Source: Thermoplasmatota archaeon (GTDB lineage Archaea > Thermoplasmatota > E2 > JACPAO01 > JAHFTW01). From it: DNA of 55,374 nt. Positions 1-8,796 of the stretch are shown one piece after another. The DNA lies in assembly GCA_041600695.1 (NCBI GenBank), contig JBFIJP010000001.1, positions 1-55,374 of the forward strand, read 5' to 3'. Below the pieces are notes generated by a model. The model had not been told where the DNA came from. It did no database searches and saw only the letters and a program-made list of their open reading frames with translations. The position numbers were made by a program, and so were the translations under genes. How positions within the stretch are numbered: the first letter of the stretch is position 1; every line of letters starts with the position of its first letter.

Positions 1-674
1 GGAAGGGCGCCGTCGACGACCTCATCAAACAGGCCCGCGAGAAGGACCTGAAGAGCAAGAAGTGGATGGTGCCCGTCAAGGACACCCTCGACGCTGACCG
101 CCAGGCTGCCGCCGAGCGTGCCGCCAAGGCCGCCGCCAAGGCGGGCAAGCCGGCGCCGACTCCGGCCCCGGCCCCGGCCGCCCGACCTGCGGCTGCACCT
201 GCCCCCGCCGCAGCGGCGCAGGCAGCTGCTGCCGCTCCCGCGGCCCCCGCGGCCCGGGCGCCGGCCCCGGTGGAAGCCGAGGTCCCTGCCACGGCGCCCG
301 CCGCCGAGGCTGCCCCCGCGGCCGCCGCGGCCGAGGCAGTCGTCGTCGAGGTCGTCGAAGCCAGTGACGAATACACCGGGGACCCCAACGACCAGGACGC
401 CGTGCGCAAGTGGGTCAAGGACAACGTCGCCGAGGAGAAGAAGGCCTGGGTGCTCGCCGCCGACTGCATCGTGTGCAACGGCTGCGAGGCCGCCTGTCCC
501 ACCGGCGCGGCCCTCGTCACCGACATGGCTCGCGTCGACCGGGACCTGTGTATTGCTGACGGGGCATGCTTTGATGCGTGTCCCACGGATGCGATTCGCC
601 CCGGCGTCGAGGACAAGGCAACCTCGGCGGGTTGGCCCGAAGGCACCCGCCTCGCCGGCCAGTTCGGCGTCTAG
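1..674 (+). CDS. Ferredoxin-type Fe-S domain protein with a long Ala/Pro-rich linker; the 5' end is probably outside the window
   Basis: The frame is open from nt 3 through the ATG at 66 to the stop at 672-674. The C-terminus has CIVCNGCEAACP (CxxCxxCxxxCP) and CIADGACFDACP (CxxDxxCxxxCP, Asp replacing the 2nd Cys). About 90 aa of A/P low complexity lies upstream. Confidence 0.7.
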   Translation, partial: KGAVDDLIKQAREKDLKSKKWMVPVKDTLDADRQAAAERAAKAAAKAGKPAPTPAPAPAARPAAAPAPAAAAQAAAAAPAAPAARAPAPVEAEVPATAPAAEAAPAAAAAEAVVVEVVEASDEYTGDPNDQDAVRKWVKDNVAEEKKAWVLAADCIVCNGCEAACPTGAALVTDMARVDRDLCIADGACFDACPTDAIRPGVEDKATSAGWPEGTRLAGQFGV

Positions 675-997
675 AAGTGCTTGCGTAACCCCAACAGGCG
701 CCAGGCGTTTGCAGCCGCCCGTTGTGCTGGCCTGCGGCCAGCAATCCAGGCGGCATGCTCAGCGTTTGCCGCCCGGGAGGCAAAGCATCGGGGCCGAAGG
801 CGCAATCCCGGCGAGGCTCCAACGGCGCCGCGTCGTGCGGGTCTTGCGAACCGCAGTCCAAGGCCATCGCGACGGTGGCCCGCCGACCGGACGGCGGCCA
901 GGCAGGCCTGGGCGCCATTGCCGCGGCCGGGTTGGCCCGCGCACGAGCGCCGGCGTCCATCGAAACCATCAGGTGACTGGCGCGTCTCGCAACGCTC

Positions 998-2638
998 ATG
1001 CGAGAGATCGTCGCGGCACACGCGCCTTCGCTGGTGGCGTTTGCGGCGATGGTGGTCGTTGCCAGCGTCGTGGTGGCCGCCATGGGGTATCCCCAACTCG
1101 GCAGCCAGGCTCGCCTTGATCCCTTTCCCCTGGTGGCGGTGAGCGTACCTAGCCCCGCCGACGACCGGGACCTGGACGGTTTCGCCGACGGGAGCGATCT
1201 CGTCGACGGGGACCTTATCCTTTGGGTAAACGTGACTTCCTTGGACCTGGGCGCTTCCGGCGCGGCGCGCCCCTATCTGGTGGTCGGGACGCAAGACGAC
1301 CAGTGGCGCACGGGGGCTGGCGCGGAACTGGAATGGCGACACATCGTGGACCTGGATCCCCTCGGCCACAAGGCGGGGTCGCCTGCATGGGAGGCTACGG
1401 CGGTGCGCACCGGCATGTGGTGGCCGTCCCAGGGCGAGGCCCCGGGATCGCCGGTTCTAGGTACGTCCGGCCGACTGGACGAGGACGCGGCGACCCTTCC
1501 CCAGGCCTTCCCGGTGAACGTCCGCGATGATCGCACGCGAGTCAGCGTGGTGGTTGAATTGTGGGATGCGGCGCCACAGCCCGATCGTATGGCTGCGCGC
1601 TGGACCCTGGCGTATGACGTTGGCGACGCGGCCTGGGGCCTGGCCCCAAGAGTATCCTTTGCGGCCGGTGAGGCAGGATTGGTGGCCTCCGGAGACGCCT
1701 CCCTACAGGTCTCCGTGGCGCCGGGGAAGGAAGTGCCGGCCGCGCAGCGGATCACGCTGGCCCAGCGCTGGGCACCTGAACTTTGGTTTGACAGCCAAGA
1801 GGCACTCTACCCCACAACAGGCGATAGCCTGGAATCGTTCCACGGTTTCACGAAACGGGCACCCAACCTTCGCACCTGGGACCCGGATTTCAACGACGGC
1901 CGCGACGGCTACCGGCTCCTGGCTGCGGACTTCAACGGCGACCGGCAGACGGACCACCGGGACGTGGTCATCATGACGGATGTGCTGCGCGCCGGCAATA
2001 ACGCGCCGGACACCGTCTATGTCCATGCTGCCACGGTCCACGGCGGACGTTTCGTGCTGCAATACTGGTTCATTTACGCGTACAATTTTGTTTTCGATGA
2101 AGCCGGGCGGGACATTGCAGCCCTGGCCCACGCGGGCGATCGGGAATTCATGCAACTGGTGTTCGCCAATCGGACGGCGGCAGAGGCAGGTTTTCCTGAG
2201 AGCGTGGCATACAGCCAGCATTACCGGGGCGTGCGCATCGATGACCCCCAGCCGGGCCTGGCGCCGTTTCATTTGGACGATCAGCATCCGGCCGTGTTCC
2301 CGGCGCGGGGAAGCCACGCGTCCTATCCGGCGCCGGGCGATGACGAAAAGCTCCGTTCCAGGCTGGCCGGTTACGGTGACCGTTTCGATGGCGGCGGGGA
2401 GGTGTGGCTGCCCGGAAACTACACGCTGGAGCTGCTCTCCACCCAGGCGTGGCACCTGGGTTACAAGTGGGGTCCGGTGACCCGCTACTCCAGGGACATG
2501 GGCACCAGCCTCAAGCCGCTGCTACAGCATGATTTCCGTTACCCGTTCATCGATCCGCTGCACTGGCAGGGGCGGTTGCCGGCCGTGGATGCGTCGGACC
2601 TGATGGATCTTTACCGTACCCCGGAGGACCTGAGATGA
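998..2638 (+). CDS. Membrane-anchored hypothetical protein with a C-terminal Vps62/DUF946-like region
   Basis: 546-aa ORF with an N-terminal hydrophobic helix (LVAFAAMVVVASVVVAAMG). The C-terminal half has WAPELWFDSQEALYP, LQYWFIYAYNF, HAGDREF and YSQHYRG, which resemble the Vps62/DUF946 pattern (H.GDWE). The stop overlaps the next gene's ATG (ATGA at 2635). Confidence 0.55.
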   Translation: MREIVAAHAPSLVAFAAMVVVASVVVAAMGYPQLGSQARLDPFPLVAVSVPSPADDRDLDGFADGSDLVDGDLILWVNVTSLDLGASGAARPYLVVGTQDDQWRTGAGAELEWRHIVDLDPLGHKAGSPAWEATAVRTGMWWPSQGEAPGSPVLGTSGRLDEDAATLPQAFPVNVRDDRTRVSVVVELWDAAPQPDRMAARWTLAYDVGDAAWGLAPRVSFAAGEAGLVASGDASLQVSVAPGKEVPAAQRITLAQRWAPELWFDSQEALYPTTGDSLESFHGFTKRAPNLRTWDPDFNDGRDGYRLLAADFNGDRQTDHRDVVIMTDVLRAGNNAPDTVYVHAATVHGGRFVLQYWFIYAYNFVFDEAGRDIAALAHAGDREFMQLVFANRTAAEAGFPESVAYSQHYRGVRIDDPQPGLAPFHLDDQHPAVFPARGSHASYPAPGDDEKLRSRLAGYGDRFDGGGEVWLPGNYTLELLSTQAWHLGYKWGPVTRYSRDMGTSLKPLLQHDFRYPFIDPLHWQGRLPAVDASDLMDLYRTPEDLR

Positions 2639-3705
2639 CCGCTTCCACGCGGTCTTCGCCGCCGGCGCCCGGAGCCACGGACGCAGGCGGCGCGGCCGGG
2701 CAGGTGGAAGAAGAAACGGCCACCAGCCCTGCCGGCGCCGCCGGAGCAGCAGGAACGACCGGGGCCCCCGGCACGGCCGCCGGTTCACCCCGCCCAGGCG
2801 CCCGAGACCCGGATCGGCGGGAGCGAGGCATCCAGGCACAAGTGATCGACATCCTGGCCCGCGCCGTTCACGCACTCCATGGCAGTCGGGGGCTCCTGGT
2901 TGCCGTTCCGTTCCTTCTCGGCCTGTCCCTCATCGAACCCCTCCTGCCGCCGGAGGTGCGCACCACGCTCCTGACGGCACCCCTCATGCTTCTGGTGGCA
3001 TCGGCGCTGGCCACGCTGCCCCGGGAGGCCGCGGCCGCCCAGCATGTGGTCCGGGACCTTTCGGCGGATGGCCTCTCCGTCGGGCGGGTGGCCCGACGCA
3101 TCGCGTGGCCGACCGTCCTGATCATCTTGCTCCTGCCGCGACTCTTCCTAGGAGCTGTGGGCATTCCCCACCTGAACCCGTTGACAGGATTGGTCCTGCC
3201 GTCCATCACCCAGTCCCTTGCCACCGCCTTCCTGTTCCTGCTGCTGGTGGTCCCGGTCCTCTACCTGCGGGGCCTGCGCCACTATTCGCCCGCGGGAACA
3301 GGCGCTGTGCGCCCCATCCATTTGCCTCCGGAGCACCCCGAGCACCGGGCCCGCGACGCCCTTCTCGTCCTGACGTGGGTCGCCGGCATCTTCTGGGCGT
3401 GGCTGCTCAGGCCCTTCTGGCAGCCCTTCAGCCTCCTCGCCTGGCCACCCGGCCTGGCATCCCTGGAGAGCGTGCGAGGAGTGGCCAGCCTCACCTACAC
3501 GCTGGTGCTGCCCCTGGTGCTTCTCCAGACCATGGCCATCCATCTGGATCTCATCCGGGACATCCGGGAGGCAGGCACGCTGGGCCAGCACCGTGGGCTG
3601 GTCGCGGCCGCCGTAGGCCATGTCCTGCTGGCCCTCGGCGCCATGGCGTTGCACGCCTACGATGTGCTGTGGGTGGTCCGGTACCAGGCCGCGTCTGGGC
3701 TCTAG
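2635..3705 (+). CDS. Polytopic membrane protein of unknown function
   Basis: 356-aa ORF translationally coupled to the upstream gene. It has an Ala/Gly/Pro-rich N-terminus followed by at least 6 hydrophobic segments. I recognise no family motif. Confidence 0.5.
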   Translation: MTASTRSSPPAPGATDAGGAAGQVEEETATSPAGAAGAAGTTGAPGTAAGSPRPGARDPDRRERGIQAQVIDILARAVHALHGSRGLLVAVPFLLGLSLIEPLLPPEVRTTLLTAPLMLLVASALATLPREAAAAQHVVRDLSADGLSVGRVARRIAWPTVLIILLLPRLFLGAVGIPHLNPLTGLVLPSITQSLATAFLFLLLVVPVLYLRGLRHYSPAGTGAVRPIHLPPEHPEHRARDALLVLTWVAGIFWAWLLRPFWQPFSLLAWPPGLASLESVRGVASLTYTLVLPLVLLQTMAIHLDLIRDIREAGTLGQHRGLVAAAVGHVLLALGAMALHAYDVLWVVRYQAASGL

Positions 3706-3817
3706 AGAGGGTGCCGCAGGGCTACGGGAGGATGGCCTGATCTGGCTGTCGGCGGGGGATCGTCCAGATCGAAGCCCGATCCTACACGGCAGCCCACCAG
3801 GGTTTTCCGTCCCCGGT

Positions 3818-4093
3818 CTACCCGCCAGCAATGGCGGGAATGATCCGGACCACGGCCCCGTCGTCCACTGGCGAGTCGATACCACCCCGCTCGTCGACAT
3901 CCACCTGGTCAACAAACACGCGGACAAACGACCGCAGGCGGCCCTCGGCGTCCAGCAGTTGCTGTCCCAGGTCAGGGTACTTGTCGGCCAGACTCTTGAT
4001 GGCGGCGCCCACGGTTGCAGCGTCCACGGGCACTTCGGCCTGGTCGCTGGCGAGTTTTCTCAGGACTGTCGGCAATCGGATGGTTACGCTCAT
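3818..4093 (-). CDS. cysO: ThiS/MoaD-family ubiquitin-like sulfur-carrier protein (CysO/SAMP-like), ending in Gly-Gly
   Basis: 91 aa starting at MSVTIRLPTVLR and ending ...VRIIPAIAGG* (diglycine C-terminus). The ATG at 4093 overlaps the TGA of the upstream JAMM gene (ATGA). The longer track ORF (to 4252) is an Arg/Pro-rich extension. Confidence 0.85.
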   Translation of the reverse strand: MSVTIRLPTVLRKLASDQAEVPVDAATVGAAIKSLADKYPDLGQQLLDAEGRLRSFVRVFVDQVDVDERGGIDSPVDDGAVVRIIPAIAGG

Positions 4094-4620
4094 GGTTGTT
4101 CCTCTGAAGAGATGATGAGGGGTGCCTCGATGAAGCGGCCGCCCCCTGGCGCCAGCACCCATGCGCGGATTTCCTCCTGGGGACGCGCGGCGCCGGGAGC
4201 CGATTGGATCGTCCGGTTGGGATCGGCCGGGTAGCCGTGGATGACGTACCATAGGCCGGGCAGGGCACCGTCCAGGTCAAACTGGCTGGGCACCGCCGGG
4301 GCGGGGGGATGTGAGTGGAAGATCCCGACGATGTGGCGGCCGCGTGCTTCGGCGGTATCCTCCGCGTCGGCGTAGGCCAAGGGGTCGATGCTGTAGCGAC
4401 GGAGCCTGGGCGGCTCGTGGACGTTTTCCATGGCCAGCAGGGCATCCGCCTTGTCGGGAGCAGGCCCCACCAGGAGGCCGCATGCTTCGTCTGGCAGGCA
4501 GGACTCCGACAGAGCCCGCAGATCCGCCAGCACGGCTTGCGTGACCGTGAAGGCGGCCACCCTGGACACGGCCGCGCGGCCCTCATGCAGGTTCTGGTCC
4601 GCCAGTGGAATGGGCTCCAT
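4090..4620 (-). CDS. mec: JAMM/MPN+ metalloprotease (Mec/JAMM deubiquitinase-like)
   Basis: Contains EACGLLVG and the JAMM motif HSHPPAPAVPSQFD (HxHx7Sx2D). Its stop is coupled to the cysO-like start. Confidence 0.85.
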   Translation of the reverse strand: MEPIPLADQNLHEGRAAVSRVAAFTVTQAVLADLRALSESCLPDEACGLLVGPAPDKADALLAMENVHEPPRLRRYSIDPLAYADAEDTAEARGRHIVGIFHSHPPAPAVPSQFDLDGALPGLWYVIHGYPADPNRTIQSAPGAARPQEEIRAWVLAPGGGRFIEAPLIISSEEQP

Positions 4621-4956
4621 GACCTAGCCAACCACTGGGCCTCGCCATAAGACGGCTCGCCTGGCGGCAGGTCTTGCCGGAGTCCGCCATCGAGCCGGCC
4701 GGGATCCACACATGTGTTCACTCCCGTCGCCGGGGCATGGGTGGGTCCGGCCCGCCTTGCATTACGCTTAAGAAGCCCCGGCGCCGATGGAGAAGGGACA
4801 TGATGTCCCAGGGTTTGACCCCGGCCAGCTTGCAGGACGACCACTCCTCGGAGTCGGTCGTCGCGGGAGCCGTCGGCAACCCCTGGAATTGTTGTTCCTC
4901 GGCGTGAGCCTGGCCGCAGGCTGCTCCCCGTCCTAGTCCTCGATGCGCCCCCTAGC

Positions 4957-5340
4957 GTGCGCTTGGTGTACCTCTGCCTCTGGATGGAGGCCGCTCGCAC
5001 GAGCCGTGAACTGCGCGACTGCACGGGCCTGCCCGAACGAACGGTCCGCCATGCCATCAAGTGGATGATCGAACAGGGCCTCGCTCGCCGGCAGACGACG
5101 CTCCAGGACGCCCGCCAGGACTACATCCTCCTCAACCGGGATGCCGACGCGGCGCAGACGCCCCCGGTGTCGCCACCACGAGCCCCGTCGTCGGCCGCCC
5201 GGTCCGCTCCGTCCGCCCCGTCCGCTCCGCAAGCCCTGTTAGCTCCATCGGCTCTGCCAGCCCCGGCAGCCCTGGCAGCCCCCGCAGCCTCACGCGCACC
5301 CCACCTGGCCAACCGGCAGGAGGCGGTCCATGTCGCATGA
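4957..5340 (+). CDS. Winged helix-turn-helix transcriptional regulator (MarR/ArsR/TrmB-like) with a Pro/Ser/Ala-rich tail
   Basis: SRELRDCTGLPERTVRHAIKWMIEQGLARR is a typical wHTH recognition segment. GTG start at 4957 (alternative ATG at 4984). The gene is divergent from the cysO/mec pair. Confidence 0.6.
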   Translation: MRLVYLCLWMEAARTSRELRDCTGLPERTVRHAIKWMIEQGLARRQTTLQDARQDYILLNRDADAAQTPPVSPPRAPSSAARSAPSAPSAPQALLAPSALPAPAALAAPAASRAPHLANRQEAVHVA

Positions 5341-5399
5341 TGCGGCAAAATCGGCCGCAGCACCAACAGCCATGTTCGACCGGCGGCTATGGGTTCTTC

Positions 5400-5852
5400 A
5401 TGAGTCTGAATCCCGCCCGGATCGACCCCCGCGGCGTCCGGTTCGCAGGCGTTCTGAGCACCCTCGTGGCGGCCTCGGCGGCCCTTCTGACGAGTCCCTG
5501 GATCGCCCTCGCCGGAGCCACGATTCTGCTTTCGGCCGCATGGGGCGGCTCCCGGCTCAATCTCTGGGGCCACATCTACCGCGCCACCCTGCGGCGCTGG
5601 CTGGGCCCCCCGGGCCACCTGGAGCCCGAGACGCCGGTGCGCTTCGCCCAACTGCTGGGCGGGCTGTTCCTGTTGGTGGCCGGAGCGGCCTTCCTGGCCG
5701 GTGGGCCGGGCATCGTGGTCGGGGCCGTGCTGGCTGGAATCGTCGCCGTGCTGGCGCTGGTCAACGCCGCCTTCGATGTGTGCATCGGCTGCCGCATGTA
5801 CGGCCTGCTGCTGGTGGACACCCGCCTACCCCGCTGGATCGGCATCCTGTGA
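5400..5852 (+). CDS. DUF4395-family membrane protein
   Basis: 150 aa from the ATG at 5400, with 4 hydrophobic segments, PVRFAQLLGG and the C-terminal FDVCIGCRMYGLL (CxGCxxY) typical of DUF4395. An alternative ATG at 5337 overlaps the upstream stop. Confidence 0.7.
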   Translation: MSLNPARIDPRGVRFAGVLSTLVAASAALLTSPWIALAGATILLSAAWGGSRLNLWGHIYRATLRRWLGPPGHLEPETPVRFAQLLGGLFLLVAGAAFLAGGPGIVVGAVLAGIVAVLALVNAAFDVCIGCRMYGLLLVDTRLPRWIGIL

Positions 5853-5886
5853 GAATTACCTCCATACCAACCCCGGAGGCGGCGCG

Positions 5887-6894
5887 TTGACGGCGTTCAG
5901 GACCTCTCCCCTGGAGAGCCGCGTCGGCAACACGCCGCTTCTTGACCTCTCCCACCTGGTCGGGCGGCCAGGCGTCGAACTCTACGCCAAGGCGGAGTGG
6001 CACAATCCCGGCGGTTCCGTCAAGGACCGACCCGCCCTCCGCATCATCCAGGATGCCATCGCCCGCGGCGACCTGCGGCCCGGGGTCAGCCTTCTGGATG
6101 CCACCAGTGGAAACACCGGCATCGCGTATGCGTGGATCGGTGCCGCCAAGGGGTTCCCCGTTACGCTCACACTGAGCGAAGGGGCGAGTCCGGCTCGCAA
6201 GAAGATCCTGCAAGCCTACGGTGCGCGCCTGATCTACACAGACCCGGCAGAGACCACCGATGGCGCCATCCGGCGCGCCCACGAACTGGTCGCCGAGAAC
6301 CCCAACGCCTTCTATTACGCCGATCAGTACAGCAATCCCAGCAACCTGGCCGCACACCGCGAAGGCACGGGGCCGGAAATCTGGAAGCAGACGGCTGGCC
6401 GCGTAACTCATTTCCTGGCGGGACTCGGCACCAGCGGCACGCTCATGGGAACAGGATCGTTCCTGCGCGGGGCGCAGCCGGACATCCAGCTCATTGGCCT
6501 CCAGCCGGATGCGCCTTTCCACGGCCTTGAAGGCCTCAAGCACATGGACACCGCTATCGTGCCCGCCATCTACGAGCCCACCACCATCGACCGACAGATC
6601 ACAGTGCCCACGGAAACCGCCTATGCCCAATGCCGCGCCCTGGCCCGCGAGTCGGGCCTGCTGGCTGGCATCAGCGGCGGCGCCGCCGTGGCTGCGGCCC
6701 TGGATCTGGCTGCCGAGTTGGACGAGGGCGTGATCGTCACCATTTTGCCCGACAGCGGCGAACGTTACCTGTCCGAGCCCTTCTGGTCCGAGGCCAACCG
6801 CCGCCCCGCGCCAGCACGACCGCCGGCCCAGCGAACGAGCCCCGATCCGACCACCGCCAACCCAACCACCGCCAACCCAACCCCGAATCCATGA
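5887..6894 (+). CDS. cysM: PLP-dependent cysteine synthase, CysM-like
   Basis: GNTPLL, NPGGSVKDRPA (PLP lysine), TSGNTGIA, GLGTSGTLMG and PDSGERYLS. Likely TTG start at 5887, 8 nt after GGAGG (5875-5879); the track ORF start at 5701 would overlap the DUF4395 gene. It has a Pro/Thr-rich tail (PTTANPTTANP, a 15-bp tandem duplication). The stop overlaps the moeZ ATG. Confidence 0.85.
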   Translation: MTAFRTSPLESRVGNTPLLDLSHLVGRPGVELYAKAEWHNPGGSVKDRPALRIIQDAIARGDLRPGVSLLDATSGNTGIAYAWIGAAKGFPVTLTLSEGASPARKKILQAYGARLIYTDPAETTDGAIRRAHELVAENPNAFYYADQYSNPSNLAAHREGTGPEIWKQTAGRVTHFLAGLGTSGTLMGTGSFLRGAQPDIQLIGLQPDAPFHGLEGLKHMDTAIVPAIYEPTTIDRQITVPTETAYAQCRALARESGLLAGISGGAAVAAALDLAAELDEGVIVTILPDSGERYLSEPFWSEANRRPAPARPPAQRTSPDPTTANPTTANPTPNP

Positions 6895-8072
6895 GCTTCC
6901 CCCCCGCCGTCCAGGCTGACTGGACACAGGAACAGCTATCCGTCGACGACCGCGGCCGATACAGCCGCCACCTCCTCATTCCGGAGGTCGCCATCGATGG
7001 CCAACGCAAACTGAAGGCCAGCCGCGTGCTCATCGTCGGGACCGGCGGCCTGGGCAGCCCGGCAGCGCTCTACCTGGCCGCAGCCGGTGTTGGCACGATT
7101 GGACTCGTCGACGCGGACGTGATCGACACCAGCAACCTGCAGCGCCAGGTGCTCTACGGCACCAGCCAACTCGGCCAGAAGAAGCTGGAAATGGCCAAGG
7201 CCCGGCTCCAGGATCTGAACCCCAACGTCAACGTGGTCCTCCACGACACCTGGCTGACATCCCAGAACGCGCTCGAAATCGTCGGCCAGTACGACATCGT
7301 GCTGGACGGGACGGACAATTTCCCGACACGCTACCTGGTCAACGACGCCTGCGTCCTCGCCGGCGTCCCCAATGTGTACGGGAGCATCTTCCGCTTCGAA
7401 GGCCAGGTGAGCGTCTTCTGGGCCGCCCAGGGGCCGTGCTACCGCTGCCTCTACGCCACCCCGCCGCCGCCCGGGCTTGTCCCGAGTTGCGCGGAAGGGG
7501 GCGTGCTCGGCGTTCTGCCCGGAGTGGTCGGAACCCTCCAGGCGACGGAGGCCATCAAGGTCCTGCTCGGAATCGGAACCCCCCTGGTGGGTCGCCTGCT
7601 GCTCTACGACGCGCTTCACCTCAGCATCGAGGAAGTGAAGCTGCGCAAGAACCCCCATTGCGTCGTCTGCGGCCCCAACCCCAGCATCAAGGCCCTCATT
7701 GACTACGAGGAGTTCTGTGGCATGCCCGGCGCCGAAGGCGGCCAGGTCCAGGCCGGCGTGCCCGAGATCACCGCCGCGGAGCTCAACGTGCAACTGCAAA
7801 ACGGCCACCCGCCACTGGTGCTGGATGTCCGCGAGCCGACCGAGGCGGCCATCTGCAGCATCCCCGGCGCACCCCTGGTCCCCATGGGCCAACTCGCCCA
7901 GCGCATCGACGAACTGCCCAAGGACCGCCCCATCGTGGCGTACTGCCGCAGCGGCCTCCGCAGCGCCCAGGCCACCCGATTCCTCCGCGACAAGGGCCTC
8001 AACGTGGTCAACCTGCACGGCGGCATCCTCGCCTGGATTGATGACGTGGACCCGGGGCAGGCGCGCTATTGA
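6891..8072 (+). CDS. moeZ: ThiF/MoeB-type E1-like adenylyltransferase fused to a rhodanese domain (MoeZ/UbaA-like)
   Basis: RYSRHLLIPEV, IVGTGGLGSPAALYLAAAGVG (nucleotide loop), CYRC and CVVC zinc pairs. The C-terminal rhodanese has the active-site loop YCRSGLRS. ATGA overlap with cysM. Confidence 0.9.
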   Translation: MSFPPAVQADWTQEQLSVDDRGRYSRHLLIPEVAIDGQRKLKASRVLIVGTGGLGSPAALYLAAAGVGTIGLVDADVIDTSNLQRQVLYGTSQLGQKKLEMAKARLQDLNPNVNVVLHDTWLTSQNALEIVGQYDIVLDGTDNFPTRYLVNDACVLAGVPNVYGSIFRFEGQVSVFWAAQGPCYRCLYATPPPPGLVPSCAEGGVLGVLPGVVGTLQATEAIKVLLGIGTPLVGRLLLYDALHLSIEEVKLRKNPHCVVCGPNPSIKALIDYEEFCGMPGAEGGQVQAGVPEITAAELNVQLQNGHPPLVLDVREPTEAAICSIPGAPLVPMGQLAQRIDELPKDRPIVAYCRSGLRSAQATRFLRDKGLNVVNLHGGILAWIDDVDPGQARY

Positions 8073-8559
8073 TGCGTTGAAGCGGCCAACGGTGCTTCGC
8101 TCAGGCGGTAGAACAGCGCCAACTGCACCAACGTATTGGCGCGTACTTCATGACCGTGGCGCAGGGCGCCGTCGATCTCCTCATCAGCATAAGCCATGGC
8201 CTGGAGCGCCTCCTGCACGAGGGCCTCCGGGTCCGACAACGGTGCGTCCACGATCTACTCCAGCGGCTTGCTTGACATAACCGTTTCGCGAATGAAACGG
8301 GACCCCTTAGCTTCATTTGGAGTTTGCGGCCCAGAGTTTCCTACGGAAGCGCAATTTCCACTCGACCATGGCCCCTCCCTGAGGCCAAACCGTCTGCGTG
8401 TGGCACCCATCGAAATCAACCGGCCCTCACCGCCGCCGCCCGTTCGGCGGCGGAACGCGGCGATTTCCGAAATCCTAGCCGAGCGGACCTGTGCAACCCG
8501 GGGGTGCCACGGGCCACGGCGCTTTTTATTCGGCTGAGGATTGCCCTTCAGGTCAAACC

Positions 8560-8793
8560 ATGCGCACCGCAGCACTCCTCGCAAGCCTGATGTTGATCTC
8601 CATCGCCGGCCTGGTGGCCCCCGCCTCAGCGGAGCACGACGACGAAGGCATCTGCACCATGTGGATCCCGCCTTACACCGCCGACGCTGGCGTCCGTTAC
8701 TGCATCACGCCGGACCACCCCGACTGCCTCATCTGGCGCGAACAGATCTACATCTGGGGCAGCGAGCACGACTGCTACATGGCACAGCCGTAG
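8560..8793 (+). CDS. Small secreted Cys-containing protein (77 aa) of unknown function
   Basis: Signal-peptide-like MRTAALLASLMLISIAGLVAPASA, followed by a 53-aa mature part with 4 Cys. Confidence 0.5.
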   Translation: MRTAALLASLMLISIAGLVAPASAEHDDEGICTMWIPPYTADAGVRYCITPDHPDCLIWREQIYIWGSEHDCYMAQP

Positions 8794-8796
8794 GCG

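Noticed and set aside
675-997. A 323-bp gap after the ferredoxin gene might be an SRP RNA or RNase P RNA.
   Set aside because: I could not find the conserved SRP helix-8 or RNase P P4 (GAGGAAAGUCC) signatures on either strand. I treat it as promoter or leader sequence.
118-1119. Long ORFs with Arg/Pro/Gly/Ala-rich translations. Examples: 118-1119, 671-1369, 3972-5060, 20207-21412, 22521-23855, 33681-35135, 36936-8018-type antisense frames, 39896-41035 and 41144-42169.
   Set aside because: These are typical GC-rich out-of-frame or antisense artefacts. They overlap genes with clear family motifs and carry no motifs themselves.
8066-8251. A 61-aa minus-strand ORF (VDAPLSDPEALVQEALQAMAYADEEIDGALRHGHE...) convergent with moeZ.
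   Set aside because: It has a plausible helical composition, but it has a GTG start with no SD, it overlaps the moeZ stop, and I recognise no family. The support is too weak to call a gene.
8281-8470. Hairpins in the moeZ-downstream gap might indicate a tRNA or ncRNA: ccgtttc/gaaacgg at 8281-8300, ccgccgccg/cggcggcgg at 8430-8453, and gatttc/gaaatc.
   Set aside because: There is no cloverleaf geometry and no T-loop or anticodon-arm pattern. These are probably terminator or spacer structures.
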